From Leucoraja ocellata (taxonomy: Eukaryota): DNA of 64,000 nt. Below the pieces are notes generated by a model. It was not told where the DNA came from. It ran no database searches and saw only the letters and a program-made list of their open reading frames with translations. The stretch covers positions 930,001 through 994,000 of the forward strand of contig JAWMAR010000384.1 in assembly GCA_036785375.1 (NCBI GenBank), in the 5' to 3' direction. The translations under genes and the position numbers were made by a program. Shown here piece after piece: positions 23,701-38,700 of the stretch; within the stretch, counting starts at the first letter, position 1, and each line of letters begins with the position of its first letter.

Positions 23701-26700
23701 AAAACACCTGGTGCAGTGTCTGCAGTCAACAGGAATCACCTGCAAGAATGGCCATCCAAGGTATGAAAACACAACAAAGACATTACATTGGATGTGACGC
23801 CAAGTACAGTTGCTTGGATACAAGTCCAATTGTTGACACAAAATGCTGGAGTAACTCTGCTGGTTAGGCAGCATTTATAGGGAGAAGGAATTGGTGACGT
23901 TTCGGGTTGAGACCCTTCTTCAGACTGATGTCAGGGGAGGGAAAAAGATAGAATGTAGGCGGAGACAGGAAGACTGGTGGGAGTACTGGGAAGGGGGAGG
24001 GGGGTGGGGAGAGAAAGCAAGGGCTATGGAAAGTTAGAGAAGTCAATGTTCATAGCGTTGGGGTGTAAACTACCCACACAAAATATGAGGTGCCGTTCCT
24101 CCAATTTGGGCTGGGCCTCACTCTGACAATGGAGGAAGCCCAGGATGGAAAGGTCATATTGGGAATGGGAGGGGGAGTTGAAGTGCTGAGCCACCGTGAG
24201 ATCAGGTAGGTTAAGACAGATTGAGCGGAGGTGTTCAGTGAAACGATTGCCGAGCCTGCGCTTGGTCTCGCCGATGTAGAGAAGTTGACACCTAGTTGGG
24301 ATGGAAGGTGAGGACAAGGGGGACAGAGAGTAAGAGTGGAGCTGCGGGATATCAAGGAGAGCCTCATCTATAATGGAAGAGGGGAACCCCCGTGTAGTGG
24401 TTTATGTTAGCCAAACACTTTACTTGGGAAGTGTACTGGTAGGATATTGACAGCTTATTTAGCCATTATTGGCTGAAAGGGATAGTTTAAGCTATAAAGG
24501 CCCATGTTTGTGGTTATATATTTTTTATGTGCTTTGGCATATTTTACTGAAACTGGGAGATCCTTGAAATCTTTCAGGAAGGTGATGGTATATAGTAATC
24601 TTTCCCAGTTTAGTCATCTTACTGCTAAACTTCAGAGCAGAAGTAATGGGAACATTATCTTGCCCAGGGAACCAAAGAAACAGGTCTGAGAATTTGAAAT
24701 AATAGAATAGACTCTTGAATGCCTACATATGTGGGGGGGTGGGACTGTTGAAAGCATGGACTTTCGCCATAGTGCAGGGGTTAAGTGGGTTTCAATCTCT
24801 TTGAGCAATTGCGTTTACACAAATACTTGAAGGTGGAACACTTTAACTGACTCCTGAACTCTCTCTCTCTCATAGTAAGAGCAGTGCGTCAGCAGCATCC
24901 CTTGCTCTCAATTGGACATTATTGTTGGTCAAGACAGTCTTCAAGGCACCTGAGAAACAAGCAACAGAGATGTGGATAAAGATGGTGAGTAGATGGGAAA
25001 GTAATATTATTCTGTGGTGACCGAGACAAACAATGTCTAAAAGAGTCTGTAACAGAAGTGACGCTTATGGGACTGTTACATGTTTTGCTTTTAAGAAAGT
25101 AACTAGGTCTGGGTAAGTAAAATAGGACTTCTAGTCATTTAATATTCTGTGTTGCTCACTTCATCTTTGGGGTAGTACTGGAATAAAAAGTTTGCAGAAC
25201 AGCAAAACCCACAATTAAATGCAGTAATTTTAGATGGAAGAAAAAAGAATTAAATTATAGCCACATCTATGAAGAGGGTGAGTAGGGGGGGGGTCAAGGA
25301 GGATGATTGCTTAAATTGGTCACCCGTTGTAGAATAACTCCATTTGGTCTGCAGAGCTGACCTAGAATTTCTAGCCACCTGCCTCCTTAATTCCCCATCC
25401 CATTACCAGTCTGAGGCCTCCTACATTTGCTTCGACAATTCTCAATATAAGCTTGAGGAACAGCACCTCATCTTCCATTCCACTACTCAAGACTTAATAT
25501 TGAATTTATCCATTTCAGAATACCACCCTTTACCCTAACCACCGTCTCCCCTCACAGATGCCAGTTTTTAAATGTAATTCATTACCTTGACAACTTTGGT
25601 CAGTTAATCTCTCTGTTCTTTCCACTTCTCCCCATCTCTACAATTTAAACACACACTTGGTTTCTCACTTTTACATTTTTAATGAGGGTCCTTGACCTCG
25701 TGTGTTGACACTTTCTCTCTGATGCTGTGCAGTTTATTTTAAATTTTGATTTCCAGCATCTGCAGTTTTCTTTTGCTCCAAGTTGAAGCACCCAAATTGT
25801 GATAAGATTTATTTTATTAATGAAATGCACTAAAATCTGCCTGTGTTGTGAGTTATACATTTTGAAATTCAAAGGGCATTATATATTTGGCTTTGCCAAT
25901 TTGCCATTTGCTGTGCTTCTTGACAGGTCGAGGTGCAGTGCCTGCTTTTAGCAGAGGTCCTGGGCGGTGGGAACAAGCACACAGTGAACGGGATTCTCAA
26001 AAAGTTCAGGCATCTATGGAAAGAGGTAAGAAAGAGGAGAATTTCCAGGGTCTACAGGATGGAATATTCCCCTGGGCCATAATGTTGTATTGTGGTTTTG
26101 CAGTGGGGTGGTAGAGATATGCTGCTGCAAAATGGATGGAAGGATGGCTGAGAAAGTGGAGGATAAGGAACAAAGGCCATGTGACTATTCTCTGTGTGGC
26201 AGTATTTGGATATGTGATGTCTGGTACTAATTTTCCATAAGCCAATACGCTAGGCACTGTTTAAATGCTATGCTGCTGATCACATTTGTTAAATTGTTGA
26301 GATGTCACAACAGTACATTGCAAAGACTCAAGCTGATCAGGCTTGCTTATTTGATGGTGCTGTAAATGTTTACTACATTCTTCCTTCCTATGATTGTAGC
26401 AATGGGGATAGATGTTAATAAATACATGAAGTGGGAAGTTTCAATGAAATGGGTTTCAGTTGGAAAAATAAAATCATTGTAAATTTGACCACAGGTTGTC
26501 TCAGTGTTTTGCAATATTATAGAAGAAACATGGTTTAATTGTATTTGTGCAGATATTGTTCTTGAGCATCATGCAACTTGCCAATCATTACTAAAGGAGG
26601 AACCACTTTGTCTTAAATTTTGCTTCATCCACTTTCATTTAGAACTCTGAGCTTGCACAGCAATATCTGGCAACAACTATGAGCCTGGAACAAAACCAAT

Positions 26701-29700
26701 TACATTTAGCTATGCTGGGAGTACTGGTTCAGTACTGCACAGATGAGAAAGACATTGCAACCATCAACAAACATAAGGTTTGTAACCCAGCCATAAGGGG
26801 CATTTGACTTTGCAATTTTGGGAATCAGTTGAGAGTTTTGCTTTAAGGGGCTACTCTCCCGCAACTTGCTTATCCCTAACCATGACTTTCTTACTGAAGG
26901 ACAGCTACTTTTTATACTGACGAACTGCTACTTTTCAATACACACATCTTTGGGTATCCATGACAAATTTGAACAATTATGTATAATGAAACTGAAGAAG
27001 TAAAAAGCTGAGACTGGAAAAATGAGAGGTGAAATTAAATTTACTGCATAAAAGGTGATGCACATCTGAAGAATAAATTAAAAGCTAGATAACTGAATAC
27101 TGTAATTGTAAAAAGGGGTAGGCATGCTTGGAGATAGTACATACACCTGTAGGTGGCAGAGAAAGTTGATGAAACATTTTAAGAGGTTATTAATTATTCA
27201 CCATGAAATCAAGGCAGTTACACCAGATTTTTAAATCCTTGGTTAGACTAACAGATGGACTATTGTTTAATTTTGTTTATCGCACATCAGGAATTCTGTC
27301 AAGATCTTGGAGTAGTTAAGTAATGTATGGAGCAGAGACGGTTAAGGTTTTAATACAGTAAATAAAGAGCAGCAGTTCCATCGGCAACAGTGTTGTCAGA
27401 ACCCGGAGAACATGGATTTGAAGTATTTGGAAAGTTTTGTTTTTATTCACCATGATTTAAGATCTGGATTGATCTCCCAGAGTGGAAAGTTGAAATGGGA
27501 TCAACAATAACTTTCAAAAAGGAACTGTTAGGTACTTTAAGGGAAAAAATTCGTAGGGCTTTCACTTAAGAGAACTTGATGAATTGGAATTACATTGAGG
27601 AGTTGGCTCATATATGATAGCCTTTTTGGCTTGCAACGTGTTATATGATTCTACAAAAAGCTCTAATTATGTGTTAGAATCTCCGTGGACAAAAGTGACT
27701 CGGCAAAGTAGGATTTGAAAGGGCGTCATTAGCGATGTAGAAAAACAAGGATAATTATGGTTGAGTATGCCACCAATCAATTAGATCAAGATTATTTTTA
27801 TTAAAGGCATCCTGCTTGTTTCCATAACTCTTAATACTGCTACATATCATAGAAATATTGATGTTTTGAATGTTCCATCTTCTCCCCTTGAACTTTATAG
27901 ATTTTTGGAGTGAGGGTAGAGAAATTTCACACATAATTTTATGAAATGGCACACAAAAATGCTGGAGAAACTCAGCGGGTGCAGCAGCATCTATGGAGCG
28001 AAGGAGATAGGTAACGTTTCGGGCAGAAACCCTTCTTCAGACTCCCGAAACGTTACCTATCTCCTTCGCTCCATAGATGCTGCCGCACCCGCTGAGTTTC
28101 TCCAGCATTTTTGTGTACCTTCGATTTTCCCGCATCTGCAGTTCCCTCTCGAACATTTTATGAAGTGGTACTTGTTTACACTCCTGACTGGTTTGCTTCT
28201 AATTTGAAAGTTAATTCACCTTGTTCTGGACTCCTGAACAGGGAAACATTTCTTCTGTACCCTTTTCCAAGACCAATATATCCTTTTGGTGGTGCTTTTT
28301 GTTTGGTGGGATTCTTAAGCTTATTGCAGGGCAGTGGTGATAAATGTTTACCTTGTACTATGTTCAGAGATTTGTTGTCAAAACAAGCAACCAACTATAT
28401 TGGTCAGATTCACTTGAAGAACGGCCTGATTAATTCTTTTGATTGTTTTGCAGAATGGCATTTTGGAGCTCTATGTGAAGACAGTCCTCATGAGCAAGAT
28501 AAAACCTCCAAAATACCTTCTGGTGAGGATTTTTTTTTCTGGCATTCATAATGTTGTTAAAACAAAAAGGCAGAATAAAATGACTACATTGTTTCTCAGT
28601 TAAACTGGCAACTTTGAGCATATGTTCAGAGACGTATTGTGGATACTGACATGTTTAATGAATAAAACGTGTTTTTTTCCTTTATTGCAAAGACTTCAAT
28701 TAATTAATTGGTGAATAGATTGGATTCCAAGTTATTCAGTCTTGCTTTGCTTTATATGCAGCATTGTAACTGCATGAAGAAATGGTTGACATTGCTTTAT
28801 TTAGTACAAACAGGACTTGCTGTTTAGCTTATGGTGAGTTTTTATTTGCAGGAACGCTGTGAGCCTCTACTTCGCCATGTGTCCCATCAAGAGTTCAAGG
28901 GTTCCCTGCTTCCCACTGTGCATAAATCTATTTTGCGCAGCCCTGAAAATGTAATTGAGAGTAAGTAAATTGCACACTAGCCTGTAGTGCCAATGCATTG
29001 TACTTTAATTTGCTTATTCGATTTCTTTGTCGAACTACGGTTTGCTTCCCGGGTGCAGTCAGCCATCTGCTGCATTGCTTAAGTTATGACCTTCGGCATA
29101 CTGTTGTCAAGCTTGCAAATAGTTGTTATTTCATAGAGTTATGGAAATGTAGTCCAGATCATCAAACAGATTAGATTCCCCACCATTGATTCAATCTACA
29201 CTTCACGCTGCCTCGGGAAACCTACCAACATAATCAAGGACCTTTACCACCCTGGTCAATCCCTCTTCTCCTCTCTTTCGCCTGGCAGAAGACACAAAAC
29301 CTTGAGAGCATGTATCACTAGACTCCGGAACAGCTTCTTCCCTCCTGTTATTACTCTTCAGAATGGTCCTTTCATCAGCTAGGGTACAATCCAGATTTTC
29401 CAACCTACCTCATTGTGGACCTTGCAATTTTTCCTCTGGAACTGTTATACTACAATGCTGAAAAACTCAGCGGGTGAGGCAGCATCTATGGAGCGAAGGA
29501 ATAGGTGACGTTTCGGGTCGAGATCCTTCTTCAGATTGATGAACTCTGGTATTTTTCTCTTTACCGTATTTATTTGCCTTGTTAGGCTTGATTGCATTCG
29601 TGTGTAGTATTATCTGCTTTTATTGGACAGCATGCAAACAAGTTTTTCACTGCATCTCTATACGTGACAATAATTAACTAATACCAAGCTGTTGAATCAT

Positions 29701-32700
29701 AATGAATATCACGACTGACCCTCGAGGGACAAGGAATTGTAGATGCTGCAATCTTGAGTAAAACAAGATCAGTACAGGTTGGCAGCAGGGGAACTAAAGT
29801 TCATTGAAAGTTGATTTAAAGCCCTGTCCCACGGTACAAGTTCATTCCAAGAGCTCTCCCGAGTTTAAAAAAAATCAAACTCGTGGTAAGCATGAATATA
29901 GCGGGTACGTCGGAGCTCGGGGACGTCTCTTAGCGCTAACGGCAGGTACTCGGGAACACTCGCTAATGGCAGGTAAGCACGGGAAGAGTCGTGAAGATTT
30001 TTCAACATGATGAAAAATGTCCACGAGAACCCTGAGTACCGATGAGCGGCCATTACCGTAAATCTCCGAGTTCGAATCAGGGAAAACACGGAGAACTGTC
30101 GGAATGAACTCGTACTGTGGGACAGGGCTTTTAGGTCATTTTCGTTGTACTCAAAAGCATCTTGATAGCCTGCGACACTGACGCTTACTGGTCTTTGCTG
30201 TTATTAGTTGACATACATCAAGAGTCCGATTGAGAACTTGGTGTTAATATTATTTGTAATGAGGTTGCAGAATCTTTTGCCGACTATTTTGACCAGACTG
30301 AAGGTTGTAGGTTCATCCCGCTCATGGAATCTATGACAACACTCCAGTCCAGTTGCCAAGTGCTGCTGCACAGAAGGAGGTGCTGCATTTCCTACACTCT
30401 GATTATGACTGTTTTGTAAGTATGTTATTAACTATAAAACACTTAGAATGATGCATGCTATTAAAAGGTGTTCTATCCACAGATCTTTCCATATTTCCAC
30501 TCGGCTAAATATTGTAAAATTATTTTTGAATATTGTGATGTACTGAATTTCTTCTCATTCGCACGGATGAATGACAATCATTTTCTGACTTCATTGTTTA
30601 CAGCTATCTCGTATCTACTATCTTCAGTCACCCTTGATCTAAGCCAGTACGCAGTGGATATTGTCAAAGGCCTGGCAAGTAAGTGTGATACAGGACTACA
30701 TAAGGAATAGTCTGTTTTAATAGTATTTAATTTGTATAGATTTAACAACGTATCATCAGTCCATTAAGGACCTGAGATTTATGGACCATGTCTTTGAATT
30801 ATGACCCAGTTAAACCTTAAATCGAAAGTAAATTAATTGATTCAGCAAGGTAATTGCTTTTTTGTATTTTGATTTTGTTGTAATTAATCAATGCATGGCA
30901 ATTTAGAGTATTGTGTTCAGTTCTGGGCACCGTGTTATAGGAAAGATGTTGTCCAGCTGGAAAGGGTGCAGAGAAGGTTTACGAGGATGTTGCCAGGACT
31001 AGAGGATCTGAGCTATAGGCAGAGGTTGAGTAGGCTGGGACTCTATTCCTTGGAGCGCAGGAGGATGAGGGGTGATCTTATTGAGGTGTATAAGATCATG
31101 AGAGGAATAGTTCGGCTAGATGCACAGAGTCTCTTGCCCAGAGGAGGTGAATCGAGGACCATAGGAAATAGGTTTAAGGTGAAGGGGAAAAGATTTAATA
31201 GGAATCTGGTGAGGGGTAGCTTTTTCACACAAGGGTTGTAGAACAGAACAAGCTGCCAGAGGAGGTGGTTGAAGCAGGGACTATCCTAACATTTAAGAAA
31301 CAGTTAGACAGGTACATAGATAGGATAGGTTTGGAGGGATATGGACCAAATGCTGGTAGGTGAGACTTGTGTGTCTGGGTCATGTTGGCCGGTGAGGGCA
31401 AGTTGGACTCTATGACTCTATAAGTCTAGAATTTAACTATCCAATGTGCCATTTTCTTTCCTTTCCCTAGGCCAGTTGAAGTCTAACAATCCTCAACTGA
31501 TGGACGAGGCTGTGATAGCTCTACGCAACCTGACCCACCAATGCAGTGATCCGGCTGCTGCTGAATCTCTTGTCAGGCATCTCTTTGCCATTCTTGGAGG
31601 TAATACCCCTTTGAACAAATCCAGAACACCCCCTGCATCCTCCTTGGCATACCCCACACCAGGCCTGTTTATCTTAGTACTTATTTTGGAGAGGTCTCCC
31701 AACTTTTTTTCCGTAATTTCTCGTGCCCACTATGTTCATTTTCTAATTGTTCACTTCCTTTTCTTATCAGCTTAAAACTTTCTTGATTTTTTTTTTTACC
31801 TATACACCAGCACTAACCCAAAATCAAAGATCCCAAATTATCTAGTCTCTAATATGTCCACATACCACCTGCCCAAGATTTATTCTACAAAAAACAATAT
31901 GGTGTCTTTGCCCATGCTCAATCTCAGTATTTTCCTTTGTGTCACCATCATTTGTTTTTTACTATTACAATCGGTATAATTACCTCTCCATCACAAATTA
32001 TACAATCTTCCCAGCAGTAATAATAGTCCCAACACATTAACTCGAACTGTGGCAGTGGGGGGTAAACTGTTAAACTCGAACTGTGGCTGTAAAATAATTC
32101 CAGAAGACGAGCACAGGTTGCTGTTGTCCATTGTGTCCCTGTGGGTCTTATGTAAGTTTGTCAATGGAGTCCCATTTCCATCACTTCAATATAAAGCCGA
32201 CGATGACGAGGAGATAATTCTCTACTTGGCTAGCATGGAAAGAAACGCAAAACTTTTGTAACTCTGTGGTGTAAGTTCTAACTAGAGAAATCTCTGTTGC
32301 ACCCTCCAATGAATGTAAAAGTTACCTTGGTGTTATTTGGAGTTGCAAAGTTTTTCCTTTATTTGTTATAAAGGGGAATTTAGAAAACGTTAGGATTTTC
32401 ACATTACATTGCATTCTTGTAATAGAGAATACGTGGTTGACCATGTTATTGGAGTCCTTTGAAAAGTACTCTGCGTGGATAAAGGGAAACCAGTGGATGT
32501 ACTAAATTAATTTTTCAAAGGGTATTTGTAAGGTGCTACAATAAAGTTTATTATGAACTTATATTCCTCCTTCTGGCTTCACATTTCATGCCTCCTCTTT
32601 CCTTATTTCCTTATCTCCTTATCTTACTAATCTTACTACCTTTTGGCTTTTCATCTCTGGCCTATGTCCAGCTATCTGCCAATTACTATCCTTCGCTCCA

Positions 32701-35700
32701 CTTCCCTACACTTGTATCTATCTGTCACTTGCCAGGCTTTGTCCTGCCCCCACACTTCCAGCTTCCTCCTTCCTCCTTCCACTACAATCAGTCTGAAGAA
32801 AGGTTACCTATCCATTTTCTCCAGAGATGTTGCCTGACCCACTGAGCTACGCCAGGACGTTGCCTTTTTTTGTAATCCAGCATCTGCAGTTCCTTTGTCT
32901 TTAGTGTCCAAAATGCTGCATAGCTGCTGCAGGCTAATTCTTAAATTGTCACATTTAATTTAGTGGGATCTTGTCTCTATTTGCTAGCTGTTCATTTCAT
33001 GATTATGAAGTACCATGAAATGACAATGGGATGCAAAAACATGGTTATTTATTAATGTCACTGGTTTTTGATGTTGGATGAGAGCTGTTAATTTCGCCAT
33101 CATTTGTTTCTATCCAGGTTCTGAAGGCAAACTGACTGCTGTGGCTCAGAAGATAAGTGTGCTATCAGGTTAGTGATTTAATGCTCTTCATTTAAAATAA
33201 AACAAAACATAGATCTATAAATGGCAGATGCTGTTGTTATAGAAGAAAATTGATGCTTATCTGAGGTAAATGAAGATTGTTCCCTGTATGTCAAACTTTG
33301 ATTGTCAAAGTGACTAAAGCCACTTGGCTGCCCTTACCTAACCTCAATCATTCTGCAATACATAAACATTGATTGTTTTGGCCCATGGTGATGGAGCAGT
33401 AGCCTAATACACTACCTTAAAGCTTCCAATGCTTCTTACAACAATTGAGCTCCTTCACAAATTCTGCATCTTCAACTGATAAGCACAAATATTTGCTTGA
33501 GTTTGGAATCTCTCTGTTCTGTTGATCCCACTGTTCACTACAAGAGGGCTTGTATTTGTGGTTTCTATCTAATGGATTCAAGACACCAATTCATACGTGA
33601 GGATTTGTCTCTCCATATAATCTTGAGTGTTGGTCCACAAAATGCCTGACACAGTGTTCAGTTGATTAACTATTTGTTCCTATGCACAGGTATTGGAAGT
33701 TGCAGTCACCACACAGTCAGTGGTTTGTCAAGTCAAACTCTGAGTGGGACCGTCACCGAGCTGTTCATTCCCTTCCTGCAACAAGAAGGTGAGTGACTTT
33801 GGATCTCCATACTTCAGCTAACGTTGTCAATTTGCCAGGACTTTCCTCGGGTCATTTAAAAGATGGTGGGGCGCAATACTGTTGATGCAAGATTCAAGGG
33901 TGTTTTTCTGATTTTAACATCATGAGACATGCTAGGCTAAGTAGTTTTTAATTTATCAATTTAAATTATGTGTTCATTTATATGCTTTCCTTGCAGTTCA
34001 TGAGGGCACATTGCTTCATGCCATTTCTATTCTTGCACTCTGGTGCAGCAAGTTCACCACTGAGGTCCCTAAGAAGCTGGTAGAGTGGTTCAAGAAAGCC
34101 TTTACCCTGAAAACCTCAACATCGGCTATCAGGCATGCTTACTTGCAGTGTATGCTTGCCTCATTCCATGGTGAGTACAGTTTTAAAACTTCTGCAAATA
34201 TTTTATTTGTTGTTAGCATGATATATCTCCTGATAATTTATCTGCACTAATGGGTTATCAATGTTTTTAACTTCACCAGTCCATTTGGAAAAAGATCAGT
34301 TGTACAAATTGCAATCTGTATAGGCTATTAGTTGGTGATCCCCATCTGTTTTCCCATCAGTAGCTGCTGTAGGTTATTAGTTACTTGAAAAACTGGTTGA
34401 AACTCTGAGCTAAGAAATACATGGCTGAAATGCACCACTCAGGAATAATCGCAGGATGGCAAGATGAGAGAGGAGAATTGTTGTACCAGAATGGAGATGC
34501 CGTCTTGTGACGTGGGGAGATGGCCAAATGCTTTTGTTGGAGATGGCCATGGCCTGGAAGCTCTGAATATTAATTCCTGTTGAGCTGTTTGAGCTTGGAC
34601 GTTATCCAGGTCTCGGTGCTGTGAGGACATGCTGATTAATTATCAAGAGACTGCTAATGCTGGAATCCTGCACAAAAAATAAACAGTCTGCTGGAGGAAC
34701 TTGGCAGGCCAGGCAATATCACGGAGGGAAATGGATAGAAGACTTCAGACTGAAGAAGGGTCCCGACCGACAATATTATCTATCCATTGCCATCCGCGGA
34801 TTTTGGCTGGCCCACTCAGTTGTTCCAGCAGTCTGTTTCCTGAGCACTCTGCAGTTATGAATGAATATCCCCACTGCTGACTGATAAAGGAAAGTCATTG
34901 ATGAACTTGCTGAAATGTGCGAGCTAGAACCCTAGCTAAGGAACCCTGGGAATGAGGTAATGGGCCTCCCATAAGGCACAACCAATCTTTTTTTTGCAAG
35001 GTATGTTTCCAACGGGCGAGAACCCTTGATTTTAACTTTAACTTTGCTAAGGACCCCGGGTTATTTGATTTTTTAAACGTTATTTGTGGTAGCAAATGAT
35101 ACTGTACACCAGAAACGTTGTCCAGCGCTATTTTACATGCAAGTGTAGCTTGGGTTGGATGGAATGACCTGGAGAGAGTTGGGCATCTGGAAATTAGGTG
35201 ACCTTTCAAAGGCAGCAAATTAGTTGTGACATTTCTTCATTGGTGTTAGCAGCTTTCATCTTTATAGATTCCAGTATGCACTGAGACATTGAGGAGGGGA
35301 CAATGTAGGTGTGAGTTAACAAAATTAATCAACCTAGTGCATTCATGTTGTTGCTGTTATTGATCACTAATTAGACGATGCTGCTTTTGTAAATGTGATC
35401 ATTGTTTTCATTGATTTATGCATTGCCTAAAAGTTGTTAACTGGAGGAAAAATTAGCACTAACATTTTCACTCACTGTTGAGTGATACTTTTCCACCCAA
35501 TCAGGTGACACTGTACTTCAAGCATTAGAACTGTTGCCGCTATTCCTGCAGACTGTTGAAAAGGTGGCCTCACAGAATACCCACGTTCCCATAATAACAG
35601 AAGGTGTTGCAGCTGCTGTTTTGATCTGCAGGCTATCTTTGGTGGACACACAAGTCGGTAGGTGGCTTTCTACATCTTAGCATCAAGAATAGAATATTAA

Positions 35701-38700
35701 AAAAAATGTTTCCTTTATTTCGAAGAGCAAAATGAGATGCTGGAAATCTCGAGTAAAAAGAGAAAATGTTAAACTCAAGTCCACATCTGTGGCAAGAGAC
35801 ACAGTTAACATTTTGGTCTTAAACATACAAAACTCTGCTGCACTCTCCACAGATGTCGACTGGCTTATAGACAGTTTCCAGCACCTCTTGTTTTTGTTTT
35901 AACTCCGCTATGTGCATAGGTTCATGATGCACTGGCCTCTTACCATAATATTTTATCCCTGTTCCTAATGTCCTATAGCTAATCACTAATTAGTTGATAC
36001 CAGGAATGGGTCTCATTGATACACTTAGTACATCAGCCTTTTCAGGTAAAATAATGGATGTACTACTTTTCAAGTGTAATGGATCAGATATGATAAATTG
36101 GATGCCCGACTGATGTTAATTGTTTGACTGCAGTTCTTCTGCTCGTTGTGGCTATCTAACGTAGATTGATTTTCATTTTTGCAACAGATCAATCTATTTA
36201 AAAACCAATTTAGTTCCATAGATTCTGCGAGTGGAAAAGTAATTTGGGCTTGTGATTATAGAGGTCCATTTTTGGTTTTATTTTCATCTAAGACCTATAA
36301 TTGGCTACTGAGCTAGACAAAAAAATACAAAGATCAAGCAAAGACAGATAATGCGTGTGACTGCAAACCCTAAATCTAACTGTATAAAGGAAATAAAAAT
36401 AATAAAACAGGTGCTTGGGATCTGAAATAATAACAGAAAATGCCAGAAATACTCAGCAAGTCAGACTGTATCTATGAGAGGAGAAACAGCTAATGTTCCA
36501 GGTTGATCTGACATGACCTCTATGTATGATGGAAGTGGCTTACTTCTCTCTATTTATTCTGTACAGTATGGTGGTTTCCTTTGGTTTCCCACCATGTTGG
36601 GGAAATTTAAGTAATTGTTTAAGCTAATGGTATTACATTTGATGTCGTTCATTTGAATCTTTAATTTTCAGAAAGCAAACTGACAACTTTCTGGGCATTA
36701 CTTTTGGATGAGAAGAAGCAGTTTTTTACCTCTGAAAAATTCCTTTCTCTTGCTTCAGAAGACGGTGAGTATTTGGAATTTTGCAATGACCGTTGGTCAG
36801 TTGCCTGTGAACTGTTTCCGGAACAAATTACAATTTTATTAGGTATGAAACATTCATCAAATATTCTGTAACCCCAGTAGTTGTTTTTATGCAATAGGTC
36901 TATGACACATTTGTTCTCTGGACTTATACTCCCCAACACGAGAAATTCGAATAATCTAGCTTTAATATTTAATGGTATTAGCATGGCTGTGTTCTCCTCC
37001 ACCAATTTCCCAGAAGTTACCAGGAACTTGGATGGTCCAAAAGGAGCAGATCAAAGGTTGGGCATCCATGCCTCCTGATACTCTAAATCAAAGAGGTGGC
37101 ACTTATGATGATTTAGAACAAACTTTGTTCTGATGAAATTTAGTTGGGCATTAGAGTTGTTTATTACAACATGCTATGTATCTTTCTTTAAATTGATTTT
37201 TTTGTTTGCTTTGCAGGTCTTTGCACAGTGTTGCAACTCACTGAGAGACTGCTTTTAGACCTTCCAGAAATCAAGGGCCAGTATGTATTAAATTCATGTT
37301 CTCTTTTTACATTATTATGTTTGTTCACCAACTTGAGGTATCAGCATTTTGGTAACCAGATAGTAGTTCAGGAACGTTGTACATTCAGGCAGCTAAGTTT
37401 CCTAGTTCCAACAAAAAGTTTCCTAGTTCCTTCTCAACCTGGTGTTCAGAAGTATGTAATTGTGTATAGTTACAGGCTGCATGGCAATGTTAAAAATATT
37501 CTGCTGCCCCAACCACTGGCATCATCCAGCTGTCAAAACGTCCAACTCTGAAGCAGATGCTGGTTTGCAAAAAAGGCCACCAATTGCTGGAGTAATTCAG
37601 GACAGGCAGCATCTCTGGAGAACATGGATAGGCAACATTTTGGTCAGAACTCTTCTTCAGTCTGGAGAAGCGTCCGAACCCGAAACGTCACCTCTCCATG
37701 TTCTCCAGGGATGATGCCTGTCCTGCTGAGTTACTCCAGCACTTTGTATCAAACTCTGAAACTGCTTCGGGTGATGGGGATGGAATAAGTCCATTTAAAT
37801 TGTTTTCAAATTGTTTTCCAACTTCCATTGACATGATTTTTGATTAACTTGCTGCTTTGGTACTAATCTGATGATCATGTGGGAACAAGCTCCTTGAGTC
37901 ATAGTCATTTTTAAGACCTGTTTAGAATGTGTTAATATGCTGTGATGCATCCATTCACTGCAAAGTGTGTGATCTCTGCTATTTACAGGATGTACCACAA
38001 AGCCTTGGTGACTGTGCTGCTGAGTAAAACGTGGCGAGTTCGGAAACAGGCTCAGCAGACTGTCAGGAAGTTGCTCTCGTCACTGGGCGGTGTTAAATTA
38101 GCATACGGGCTGCTGGAAGAGTTCCAAATCATTCTCAACACCCACAAGGTATATCATTTGCATTTGTTAAATTGATGTACATGCATCTCAGAATTTTGAA
38201 ATATTAATAGAAAATCTCAAAAGTACCTGCGTACTGTGTTATGAAGGAATTTTAAGGTGCATGTTAATCATCTGCAGCAGGTGCTGAGATATTTAGATTG
38301 AAAGTTGTGTGTGGCTCAATTTTTGATACCAGGTAAGTTGTACACCCATTATTTTCGCGTCAGCTCGCACTAAGTGTGCAGCTTCCCTCCGCGTGGATTC
38401 GGCCTTCAACTGACGATGATGTCAAGTTTTACATAAAGACCAACTGCTAACACATCTGGCAAAAATGTCTTTGAAATGCACAATAAACTTATTTCACAGC
38501 ACGGCAGATTGACCATCGAGATGGTGTGTGAGAAATTAACACCATTTCTTTGCATGACCTACCTAGCCAAATGTTTGCATGTTCCATTAAATTATTGTAG
38601 TTCTTGGATAACGATTAGTGATTAGATGCAATTGCTCAGTAATCATTCAGTTATTTATTGGTTTTATCAAGAGCTGGATTGATCTTGTGTTGGATAAAGG

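Noticed and set aside
29077-29113. Short intronic hairpin with a cUUCGg loop (possible structured RNA or snoRNA)
   Set aside because: Stem is short and bulged, with no C/D or H/ACA box arrangement; compatible with chance.
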